Source: a cyanobacterium endosymbiont of Epithemia turgida isolate EtSB Lake Yunoko (GTDB taxonomy: Bacteria; Cyanobacteriota; Cyanobacteriia; Cyanobacteriales; Microcystaceae). Taken from it: DNA of 32,000 nt. The notes under the pieces were generated by a model. That model made no database searches and had not been told where the DNA came from. It saw only the letters and a list, made by a program, of their open reading frames with translations. Shown piece by piece: positions 9,807 through 19,196 of the stretch. Numbering within the stretch: position 1 is the first letter of the stretch; every line of letters starts with the position of its first letter. The position numbers and the translations under genes were made by a program. The stretch is taken from positions 2,220,001 to 2,252,000 of the forward strand of contig NZ_AP012549.1 of assembly GCF_000829235.1 (NCBI RefSeq). Direction: 5' to 3'.

Positions 9807-10601
9807 TTATAGAGAAACTTCTTGTATTTCTTCAATTATAGATAGCCAATCTGTTTTTACTTTATTTAATTTTGTCTCCCGAGATTGCTCAGAATTCAAT
9901 AGCTGATAATAAGGGCAACTTGTTTGACAATTGGCGAGATGAGGAAAATTAATATTTTCTTGAATATATTTATTAAACCAATTCTTGAATTGGTTTAATA
10001 GCATTGTTAAATCTTCATGATTTTTTTGATGTTTATCTCTATCATAAAAAAATGTTAAAGATTGAGGTTTAGTCGGAAGTTTTACAAACCAATAAGTTAG
10101 AGAAATGTGTTCGGGGGAATAGTTAGACGTTTCCACTAACATATATAAATAAAGTCGAGTTTGCCAATGATTAGCTAATTTTTCAGACTTTTCTGGCTTA
10201 AGATAGGTTTTCCAATCTAAAATCTCAGCCTTTTTGGGTTCAGCAATTAATAAATCATAAATAACAGTCAATAAATATCCTTGAAACGCAAGATTGCGAG
10301 AATGTTCAGCTTCTTTCCAACTATTTTTAGAAGGATTTCTTAGGTTAGGTACAGCATCAATTAATGTGTTTAAAGAATTTTGCATTTGTTTATCTTTAGC
10401 CACAAGTAACTCAATTGGTAATCCTAATTCATGCTGTTGCATGAGTTGGTGAAATTGATTTCCCCAGAATAATTTTTCCTGTTTTTCTGGACTTAAAGGA
10501 GTAACCAATTGTTCTATATAAACACGTTGGAATTGAGGAGGACAAGTTTCTAATAAATTCAAGTGAGATTGAGATATATGAATTAAACTAATATCTTTCA
10601 T
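9807..10601 (-). CDS. PD-(D/E)XK (RecB/Cas4-like) nuclease family protein
   Basis: A 264-codon ORF. It has an N-terminal ISQSHLNLLETCPPQF segment, a core D...(D/E)xK arrangement (VIYDLL ... EILDWKT), a QxxxY motif (HWQTRLYLY) and C-terminal cysteines (LANCQTSCPYY). Together these are typical of RecB-family nucleases with a Cas4/AddB-like Cys cluster. Confidence 0.65.
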   Translation of the reverse strand: MKDISLIHISQSHLNLLETCPPQFQRVYIEQLVTPLSPEKQEKLFWGNQFHQLMQQHELGLPIELLVAKDKQMQNSLNTLIDAVPNLRNPSKNSWKEAEHSRNLAFQGYLLTVIYDLLIAEPKKAEILDWKTYLKPEKSEKLANHWQTRLYLYMLVETSNYSPEHISLTYWFVKLPTKPQSLTFFYDRDKHQKNHEDLTMLLNQFKNWFNKYIQENINFPHLANCQTSCPYYQLLNSEQSRETKLNKVKTDWLSIIEEIQEVSL

Positions 10602-11347
10602 TAGATATAAAAATTGATAATTGTATCGTTGGTAACTTTTAAAATATAAAGCTCCTAAATTTAGAACTGAATACCTTAAATTTACTAGTATCTGAGTTTA
10701 TACTTATGACTTAATGGATTCAGTCTGGACTGCTAAAACATCTGACTTACTAATTAATTTTTTTCTTTTGCTCTTATTTAGAAGATCATAACCTTCAACA
10801 TACAAGTTGAGCAATATTAATAATAATTACTTTTTAGAATTAATAAATAAGCATACTACATAAATACTCATAAATCATTTATTATATATATTAATAACTA
10901 TAAATTATACAACCAATCCCCGGTAAAATCATCCTGTTTTACTTGAAAGAATATAAGAGTTCGTACTGTGTAACCAGTAATCTTATGACAAGGATATAAT
11001 TATTTTACAATACTGTATTTTAAATAATTAATAGTAAAATCTTAAGCCCTAACAGATAATAAATCAAAGAAAAATGATATTCTAATTTATAGAACAATTA
11101 GTTACATATTCTTAAATCAATTCTATCTATATGCTTGGGGTAAATTGTAATATTTTTACTCTTAAACTGATTTATTTTACTACTACAATTACTAACTTGA
11201 AGCATTAGTTTATTAGTTTTAACCCTTAATATTATTTTCTGATACGATAGATATTATAAAATTAGTAGACAAATATTATTCCTAGAGTTACTGAAAACAT
11301 GACTTATACTTTTTAAAAATTGTAATTTTTATCTGTATTTTATCTCT

Positions 11348-12706
11348 CTATACTCTGGCTGCTCGGTTAACAGGTTGTTCAAGATCTCGAACTTTCTTTC
11401 CTCTCCATAGCAAACGAATAGGAGTCCCTGGAAAACCTAATTGTTGACGGAATTGACCTTCAATGTAACGACGATAATTGTCATTAAATCGTTTTGGATC
11501 ATTGACAAATAAAGCAATAGTTGGCGGTTGACTTGATACCTGGGTTCCATAATAAATTTTTCCCTGTTTTCCTTGACGATTTGTAGGAGGAGAATGCCAA
11601 CTAACTGCCTCTTGCAAAACTTCATTAATTACAGCTGTACTCACGCGACGACGATGTTCTTCAGCTGAACTTTTAACTAAACTGAGAACCCTTTTAACTC
11701 GTTGACCTGTCATTGCACTAACGAAAATAATAGGAGACCATTCCATAAAGTAAAGTCGAGAAAATACCCTTGTTGTATACTCATAAATGGTGTAGGAGTT
11801 TTTATCAATAGTATCCCATTTATTAACTACAATTACAGCTGCGCGGCCTTCATTAATAATTCTATCTGCTAATTTTAGGTCTTGCTCCGTTATTCCATCA
11901 ATCGCATCAATCACAAATAATACAACATCAGAACGGCAAATGGCTTTAAAAGAACGATTAATACTAAAAAATTCTGCTCCATATTCAACATTTTTTTTAC
12001 GACGAATTCCTGCCGTATCAATTAACCGATAGCTTTGTCCATCCTGTTCAAATACCGTATCGATAGCATCTCTTGTAGTTCCTGAAATAGGGCTAACAAT
12101 TGCCCGTTTTTTTCCTAAGAAAGCATTCAAAAGACTAGATTTTCCCACGTTAGGACGACCAATAATTGCTACACCAATTTCATTAGTATCGGTTAACTCT
12201 TCGAGATGAGGAAGATAGGGAATTAAATCATCTAAAAGTTCTCCTGTTCCACTACCATGAATTCCTGAGATTGGATAAGGATTTCCTAAACCTAATTCCC
12301 AAAATTGTGCCGCTTGAATAATTCCTTGTTCTACAGATTCACACTTATTGACAGCTAATAAAACGGGAACGGATTGTTGACGTAACCAACTTACAATTTC
12401 ATGATCGCCAGCCGTGGGACCAGTTTGTCCATCCACAACGAAAATAGTCGCACTTGATTGATTTAAAGCAGTCATAGCTTGTTCCCGAATTAACGGCAAA
12501 AATTCCGTGTCATCTTCGAATACCAATCCTCCCGTATCTACTACCTGAAAGTTCCGGTCCTGCCAAAAACAAAGCCGATAAGTACGGTCACGAGTAATTC
12601 CTGGCTCATCATGGACAATAGCCTGCTGATCTCCTGCTAGTCTATTAACTAGGGTTGATTTGCCTACATTAGGCCGTCCGATAATAGCAACAATAGGTAG
12701 TGGCAT
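11348..12706 (-). CDS. der: Ribosome-associated GTPase Der (EngA)
   Basis: Two tandem GTPase domains ([10 protein letters not shown]...DTGG...NKCE and [10 protein letters not shown]...DTAG...NKWD) are followed by a KH-like C-terminus. I place the start at ATG 12706 ([17 protein letters not shown]). The track's 12730 start is a TTG that adds 8 unconserved residues. Confidence 0.93.
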   Translation of the reverse strand: MPLPIVAIIGRPNVGKSTLVNRLAGDQQAIVHDEPGITRDRTYRLCFWQDRNFQVVDTGGLVFEDDTEFLPLIREQAMTALNQSSATIFVVDGQTGPTAGDHEIVSWLRQQSVPVLLAVNKCESVEQGIIQAAQFWELGLGNPYPISGIHGSGTGELLDDLIPYLPHLEELTDTNEIGVAIIGRPNVGKSSLLNAFLGKKRAIVSPISGTTRDAIDTVFEQDGQSYRLIDTAGIRRKKNVEYGAEFFSINRSFKAICRSDVVLFVIDAIDGITEQDLKLADRIINEGRAAVIVVNKWDTIDKNSYTIYEYTTRVFSRLYFMEWSPIIFVSAMTGQRVKRVLSLVKSSAEEHRRRVSTAVINEVLQEAVSWHSPPTNRQGKQGKIYYGTQVSSQPPTIALFVNDPKRFNDNYRRYIEGQFRQQLGFPGTPIRLLWRGKKVRDLEQPVNRAARV

Positions 12707-12770
12707 AATTTTTCTCTCAATTCTGAACAAAAATACTACAAGTTTTTTAAATTAACTAAGGTACACTTTC

Positions 12771-12821
12771 ATTTATTTTACATTCGGTGATTTTCTCAAA
12801 ATCACCGAATGTAAAATAAAT
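12771..12821. repeat. Perfect 24-bp-stem hairpin between the ProA-like gene and der (possible terminator)
   Basis: ATTTATTTTACATTCGGTGATTTT (12771-12794), loop CTC, AAAATCACCGAATGTAAAATAAAT (12798-12821). The arms are exact reverse complements. The hairpin lies 188 nt downstream of the ProA-like stop and 65 nt upstream of the der ATG, both on the minus strand. Confidence 0.8.
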
Positions 12822-13008
12822 AATATTTGCTACATACGCGGTATCTTCAGTACGGAGGATTAATTAAATAAAACAAAAACCTATAATAAGTAATTGAAGA
12901 TAAGAATTATATCTATTTAACAACAAGCTCGCACTTTAGTGATGCATCCCGTTTATGCTTGAATTAGCGGAGACTATATCATAGGATAAACCCTCAACAA
13001 TATTTTTT

Positions 13009-14271
13009 TTATAACTTCCCATTTCCTTGAACCACATGTTTAAGGGTTGTAAATGTTTCCAGAGAAATCAGACCTCTATGGTGTCCTTTTTGGTTGGAAA
13101 CTCCTAGAAATAGAGATTCTCCTTGCTTAGGATAACGAGAAAACCGAGGGGAAGCATTAATATAAACCAGGGCACTGTCAACTTCTGTAGCAAACTTACA
13201 ACTTTCTGGGTAAGAATCTGTTACTAAACAATCGGCATGTCCACTACTATATTGATTGATCCAGCCAATTCCTTCGGATAAATCATTAATTATTTTAAAA
13301 GCGATAATTTTATCAAGATAGGGATTTCCCCATTCCGACAATTTAACAGGAGTGAGATAATCAGAAAACTCTGCTGATAACTTCCCATCACCACGTAATT
13401 GAAATCCTTTTCCTCGTAGAATGTTGAATAAACTTACTAGAATAGATGGATTGTGTAGGGGGCTAATTAAAACTTTTTCAATGGCATTGACAGGATCAGG
13501 TTCACTGGCGTGGCTATCAAGAATTACCCATTGTACTAAATCTAAATCTACTGTAGGAGACCAATAAAGATAACAATTTCCCATCGCTGACCTAAGCACA
13601 GGGGCTGTCGCTAAGCGAGTCACCTGATCGACTAAACTAGGACGGCCATAGGGCATCACTAAACTAAGATACTGATCCTGCGTTACTAAATCTTGAATGG
13701 AAGCTCCCTCATCTCCTGAAAGAACTTCTAGACACCCTCTTGGTAATTTGACTTGTTCAAGGGCAATCTGAAGAATTTTAGCAATAACTGCATTAGAGTG
13801 AGTAGATGAGCTACAACCCCGTAAAATTAGACTATTGCCTGTTTTTAGACAAAATCCTGCCGTTATCGCTCCCAATTCAGGAAAAGTTTCATAAATTAAG
13901 GTAATGACTCCTAAAGGCATCAGTTGACAATAGGTCTGGGATGCACTCAAGAGATAGGGTGCGTGAAAGACTCGTCGAATTGGGTCGGGGACTTCAGCTA
14001 AACGCTCTAAAATAGAAACTACCTGATGAAGTCGTTCAGGGGTCAATTTAAGCCAATCAATTAAAAGATCTGGAACTGCCATTTCCCTGCTCATTTCGAG
14101 GTCAAGTGTATTAGCCTCTAAAATGTCATCAAAAGCTTGGTTTATCCCTTGAGCCATAGCACGGATGCCTTGGCTACGATGAATGCTATCACTTGTTTCC
14201 AGGGCAAGAAAAGCATTATAAGCCCGTTGGACAGATGTCAGAAGTACGTTAGGAGAGCTTTCTATTGCCAT
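13009..14271 (-). CDS. Gamma-glutamyl phosphate reductase (ProA)-like protein, a divergent paralog lacking the canonical catalytic Cys motif
   Basis: The 420-aa product is collinear with ProA: PLGVITLIYETFPE...CLKTGNSLILRG, HADCLVT, VYINASPRFS, GLISLETFTTLKH. At the position of the ProA C-N-[AT]-x-E-x-L-[LVI] catalytic block the sequence reads PVNAIEKVLI. Confidence 0.8.
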   Translation of the reverse strand: MAIESSPNVLLTSVQRAYNAFLALETSDSIHRSQGIRAMAQGINQAFDDILEANTLDLEMSREMAVPDLLIDWLKLTPERLHQVVSILERLAEVPDPIRRVFHAPYLLSASQTYCQLMPLGVITLIYETFPELGAITAGFCLKTGNSLILRGCSSSTHSNAVIAKILQIALEQVKLPRGCLEVLSGDEGASIQDLVTQDQYLSLVMPYGRPSLVDQVTRLATAPVLRSAMGNCYLYWSPTVDLDLVQWVILDSHASEPDPVNAIEKVLISPLHNPSILVSLFNILRGKGFQLRGDGKLSAEFSDYLTPVKLSEWGNPYLDKIIAFKIINDLSEGIGWINQYSSGHADCLVTDSYPESCKFATEVDSALVYINASPRFSRYPKQGESLFLGVSNQKGHHRGLISLETFTTLKHVVQGNGKL

Positions 14272-14578
14272 AGAGTTTGCATCAACGCCGATAGGCTAAC
14301 AAAAAAATTATTGCCGATAACGTTATTAATAGTCCCATAAGAAAAATCCAAATTACCATAACGCTAAGAGCGCTTACACGGGCAGCTCGGCGACAGCCGT
14401 TCAATAATTTGTCTATTTTCTTCGAAAATGAACATTCGCTGACATAGATCACAAACAAAAGACTTGGTAAGAGCAACCAAGAAGAGAGGATATCGCTGCC
14501 GACGACATAGACAGAGATAATCATTACTTAAATCAAGTTTCGTAGGCTCTTGAGGTCGCACAAGCGTCAGTTCAGTTG

Positions 14579-14625
14579 TTCCAAGAATTGGGCTATGTAC
14601 ACATAGTACAGTGCCCAATTCTTGG
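14579..14625. repeat. Perfect 14-bp-stem hairpin
   Basis: TCCAAGAATTGGGC (14579-14592), a 19-nt loop, then GCCCAATTCTTGGA (14612-14625). It lies in the unassigned island between tRNA-Gly and the ProA-like gene. Confidence 0.75.
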
Positions 14626-14762
14626 ACACTAACGCTAAATCTCCGCTTAGTCAACTACTTTACTCCCCCTCTCCCTTAAGGCTATAGTTAATGACTATCA
14701 CTAATCTTAGAAGGACAGCAGTCGTTGAGCTTTGTCTTGAGTATTTTTATCAGACTTCTCAA

Positions 14763-14834
14763 AGCGGGTAACGCGATTCGAACGCGCGACATTCACCTTG
14801 GCAAGGTGACGCTCTACCGCTGAGCTATACCCGC
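14763..14834 (-). tRNA. tRNA-Gly (anticodon GCC)
   Basis: The minus strand reads GCGGGTA-TA-GCTC-AGCGGTA-GAGC-G-TCACC-TTGCCAA-GGTGA-ATGTC-GCGCG-TTCGAAT-CGCGT-TACCCGC-T. This gives a 7-bp acceptor stem, D, anticodon and T arms that all pair, a TTCGAAT T-loop and a GCC anticodon. No CCA is encoded. Confidence 0.95.
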
Positions 14835-15296
14835 AACTTCTTCCATTGAACCCCATTATTTCATAAACCTTAGCAAATTGTCAACTCTTTTGAACTGTTT
14901 TTATTAAAAAACCATAAACTACATTCCACAACTCAAGCGCGTAGAATATAGTTTATAGTTTTCTTGATTAAAGAAAGAAGGATAAGGATGTTGTATTATG
15001 ATTCTCAATAATAATCTGCGTAAAGTATTTTTTGATCTTTTTTACCTATAACTTTTTATAATTCTGTATTTGAGAATGGCTGGTAAATTCTTTTTGATAC
15101 ATTTTCTACGGTGGACAAGCCCTACTCAGTTGAACTCAACCAAGGACAATAGTATGTATAATTGTAGGGTAATTCGATATACTAAATACTTTAACAATAC
15201 AATACTTTAGTCTACTATCAGGTGCTTATAGGAATCCTATGCTGTTCACCTGTGATAGTATCAAGATGTCGTAGTGATTAGACGGAGGTATCTCAT

Positions 15297-15488
15297 ATGG
15301 GAATCTGGATGATAACAGTTTGTGTTCTTTTCGTTCTTGTCCAATTATTTCAGTGGTTTCAGGGGTTTATGCTTCCTTTTCCTCTTTATCTTTTAGCTGG
15401 AGCCTTTTTGGCGATTGCTTCCAATTACGAAAAGGGACTGACTGCATTGCTTAAACAGATTCACACCACATCTGACTCTTCCCAGTAA
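15297..15488 (+). CDS. Small hypothetical membrane protein (two predicted TM helices)
   Basis: A 63-codon ORF. GGAGG at 15284-15288 sits 8 nt upstream of the ATG. Two hydrophobic stretches are present (IWMITVCVLFVLVQLF and LPFPLYLLAGAFLAIA). No known family was recognised. Confidence 0.5.
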   Translation: MGIWMITVCVLFVLVQLFQWFQGFMLPFPLYLLAGAFLAIASNYEKGLTALLKQIHTTSDSSQ

Positions 15489-15674
15489 TATTCAATCGGG
15501 TTATTAACACCGACTTAAAGAGCAGAAGGGAGAAATTAACTCTAAAAGTTATAAAAAGGAATAATAATTGGACTCGAGATAAAACTTAAACTATCAGACT
15601 GTACATCGCCTGCCTACTGACTGTTAGTTATTATTATAAGCGGTCCGTTGAGCTGTCTCCGAAATCAAATAAAA

Positions 15675-16673
15675 CTATACCTGAATAAGAACCCGAGTAG
15701 CAGCGGTTATTTTTTCGTAAATCTCTCTCATTTTAAGTCCTACTAACACTTGGAACAAACCTGTCCCGTTATTAGAACCAGGATAATCTTTATGGTGAAG
15801 TAACAGTTCTGTTATTTCACCATAGTAATTGGTCCCAGTTTTGCTTAGATGGCTTTCGATATAAATCATTTCTTCGAGATTATCAAATTGACCATCTAAT
15901 TCTAAGATAGAAACTTCATTTCCCATGAAATTATCAGGTCCATAGTACATCTTGATTCCTGGATAGGCACAAGTGAGTTTACGACCACAGGGTCGCCAAT
16001 CAATAGTAGATCCTTCATCAAACAAATAGGCAGGTTCGAAATAAGGGATTCCTTCTTTTTCGATCAAACGTACCCGTAAAAGCTTGCTTTCATGATCTTC
16101 AAGTAGTTGAGTCGGTAAAACTTGAATAACAACATCCGCGTATTGTTTCTGGGGGTCAATATAAGCGTTAAAATCAGGCTTTCTAGCGTTAATCAAGGCT
16201 AGTACATCTTCGTAGGTGTGACCCCGTTCGGCTATATCGCGCTGAATTTTCCAATTGATTTTAACTTCATCTTCAATATCAAGATAAACACTAAAGTCAA
16301 TTAACTCACGAACTCGCTGGTCATAGAGAGGATGTAACCCTTCAATGACAACCAATCTATTTGGTTCTACCCGTTCTGGTGGATCAATTATTCCAGTCTC
16401 ATGATTGTAAATTGGTTTATCAATACCTTTGCCTGACTTAAGAGTTTTAATTTGTTCATACATTAGGTCAAAGTTATTAGCCTTAGGATTTAAGGCTGTT
16501 ACTCCGGCTTTTTTTCTTCCTTGGCGATCAAGACTATGGTAGTCATCTAGGCAGATGACTGTCATAAATTCTGCACCAAATAAATCTATTAAGCGACGCA
16601 AAAAAGTTGACTTACCACAACCGGAATCCCCGGAGACCCCAATAAGAACCACGCGATCTGGCTGAGTGGACAT
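15675..16673 (-). CDS. prk: Phosphoribulokinase
   Basis: P-loop VLIGVSGDSGCGKSTF, then DDYH, NHETG and a cyanobacterial/plant-type C-terminal half (CGRKLTCAYPGIKMYYGPDNFMGNEVSILELDGQFDNLEE...YPGSNNGTGLFQVLVGLKMRE). I place the start at ATG 16673 (MSTQPDRVVLIG), preceded by GGGGGA. The track's 16691 start is a TTG. Confidence 0.93.
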   Translation of the reverse strand: MSTQPDRVVLIGVSGDSGCGKSTFLRRLIDLFGAEFMTVICLDDYHSLDRQGRKKAGVTALNPKANNFDLMYEQIKTLKSGKGIDKPIYNHETGIIDPPERVEPNRLVVIEGLHPLYDQRVRELIDFSVYLDIEDEVKINWKIQRDIAERGHTYEDVLALINARKPDFNAYIDPQKQYADVVIQVLPTQLLEDHESKLLRVRLIEKEGIPYFEPAYLFDEGSTIDWRPCGRKLTCAYPGIKMYYGPDNFMGNEVSILELDGQFDNLEEMIYIESHLSKTGTNYYGEITELLLHHKDYPGSNNGTGLFQVLVGLKMREIYEKITAATRVLIQV

Positions 16674-16770
16674 AGTTCCCCCTAAATGCAAAATACCAAT
16701 TTTTAACTTGGTTTCTTTTTCATGTCATCTAAATGTTCCAAACAGTTAAGCTTTAACCTTTAAACTTCGA

Positions 16771-16819
16771 ACCAACCCTTGGATATTAGTTATTATTAAC
16801 CAATATCCAAGGGATTGGT
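16771..16819. repeat. Near-perfect inverted repeat about 100-145 nt upstream of prk
   Basis: The core CCCTTGGATATT (16776-16787) pairs perfectly with AATATCCAAGGG (16802-16813). Three inner pairs and five outer pairs (with a one-base bulge) extend it. Confidence 0.7.
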
Positions 16820-17242
16820 CCAATAGAAAGGATAGATCCCACAAAACCCTAATAAATTCGAGTAAGTTAGGTATGTGGTAGTAAACTACCAAACATTAAA
16901 TTTTGTAATTTTAACATTAGTCTTCAACCTAAAAGTCCGCTTGCTGTGTGAAAAAACATAACAAGTCTTACAGTCCGACGATAGGCTGCTCTTCATTCTA
17001 ATAGCGCAAACACGGTGTGATCAAAACTTGATATTTATATTAGTTTGGTTTTAGCTCTCTACTTGTGGTGCTAGGATGCCCGAATTGTATCATAAGCAAA
17101 GTCCCCACCTTTCGTGTTGACAGTGGCTTCTTGAAGCCTCAGAGTTTTTGAGAAAAGAACTAAGTACAGACCATAAATACTATCAAAATTATATTCCTCT
17201 TGATAATACCGATTCTTCTAAAAAAAATCTTGATTTGTTTAG

Positions 17243-17277
17243 AAAAACATATCTAACTTTGATTTAGATATGTTTTT
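17243..17277. repeat. AT-rich perfect 13-bp hairpin inside an ORF-free spacer
   Basis: AAAAACATATCTA (17243-17255), a 9-nt loop, then TAGATATGTTTTT (17265-17277). Confidence 0.6.
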
Positions 17278-19196
17278 TAGTATAAGACGATATAAGATAT
17301 CCGTAAGATTTTATCAACAAAAGATAAATTAAATAACATTGAGTTGTTACATAACTTGTTGCTTAAGACTAAACATTGTTTTCTTGCTAGAAGATTTACA
17401 ATTCTACTGAACTATACTAATGATCTTAATAAAAATCAAAAAAAATTGGTAAATATTTAAATTATTGCATAAACTGAGTACGAGAATAATAGGTTAAGAG
17501 ATCAATAATAAAATCATTTAACTTCGTGACTTATGGAAATTTGTAAATTCATAAATTATCATCGTTGATATAAACTTAGTTGATTGATAAAATTCGTTTG
17601 TCGATTCGAAACAATATAGGACCAAATTAGCCCTGCAATAACAGCAACAGAATATCCTAATAAATTTACTAGATTAAAGTCACTGAGAGATTTTATTTAA
17701 ACGACAGAAACTAACATAAAAATGTTCAGATAGGATAGTTTAATGAAAAATTTTCCAGATATTTTTTAAAAATTTTCTCAAATATATAAAAATTACTTAT
17801 TTCACCTTAGAAAAACGAGGTTTCAAAACTGATCATTATTCCTCAAGAAATTTTAGACCTTTATGTTATATTCAGAATAAATTATTTCTTTTAAATCAAC
17901 TGATATCCTAAATAACTTACTTTAAAAGTATACTAGTAAAAATTACAAATGAACAGATTTAATAACTATTTTGAATTTAAAATTAACTACTTTTTAATCA
18001 AAAAGTTAGAAACTGCTATTCTAGGCTTTATTTTTTATCCATTGCTGGACTTTCTAAAGATTGAGTAACTTCAATCATAGGAATAGCCGAAAATTATAAT
18101 ACCGTTTATGCTTATCAATTTATTATAAAACTGATAAAACCAAAAGAAAACAGATTGTTTGTAATTTTTAAAACCTTTGATAAAGCTCTACTATAAATAT
18201 TATGAAGTTTTATTGCAATATTTTTCAGTGAGAAAAAGAATAAAAATATACCAATTTATAGATATTTTTTCTAGCCAGTAGTAACAAAAAAATATATTTT
18301 AGGGTTGTTAATAATCAGTATTAAGTTCACTAATAGTAGATATAATCTTAAGCTAGTTGATCTTGATTTTGGGCAAGCTATTTTTATTCATCTGGCTAAC
18401 AAACTATGTATTTAAATTCTCTTTAAATACATAGTAAAAACAAAATAAACTATAAATACTAATCGAAACCCTATCAAGGTTACGTAAAAAAATATTTTAT
18501 TTGAAAATTAATAAGATTTAAATAAAAATCCAATAATCAATCAAACTATGTTAATAAAACACTATTATTTCTCTTTGAAATTTTACTGAGGAAAGCATTA
18601 AAAAATATTATAAAAATTAATAATAAATATTAGTAATATTTATCTTAGCTGGCATCACAAATCTAATTTGTTACAAAAAACTGTAAAATAATTCAGGAAT
18701 GACACCTAATAAATTCTCATTTATCTTCTCCAACAAAAAATATTGATAATCAATTTAAGTTGTTTAAAACAATAGTTTACTAATTCAAAATAAAATGTTA
18801 ATTATTAATCATTAATTACCTTTATCTTGTATATTAAAATTTAATTCTTCATAATCAGTTCGGCGGAACTTATTCTTCTAATTGCTTTTAAATCATTGAA
18901 TTGTATTTAGGGCTTATATAAATTTGTTTGTACTGACATCATATATCAAAGTTTTCTTTGATATAAATTACACAGTTGCATGATTGATGTATTTTTACTA
19001 AAAAGTAAATATTTAGATATTGTATTTGACAATATAAAGTTTGAAAACATGAAGTTTTCTACTTCATAAATTATTATAAATTTAAATTATATTGCTCTAG
19101 AAATTACAGTGATTAAGCAAACTGGTAATAGTGTTTTTGCAAAGACTGAAATCTAGCTCAGAATCTATATGTAAGTTCCTTTTGCCTATAGGAAGT

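Noticed and set aside
16900-17160. A slightly more G/C-containing stretch in the spacer upstream of prk that ends in GGCTTCTTGAAGCC followed by T5 (17125-17149). I considered it as a candidate sRNA with a terminator.
   Set aside because: The stem is effectively only 4-6 bp with a minimal loop. I recognised no RNA family and no promoter. It is too weak to call.
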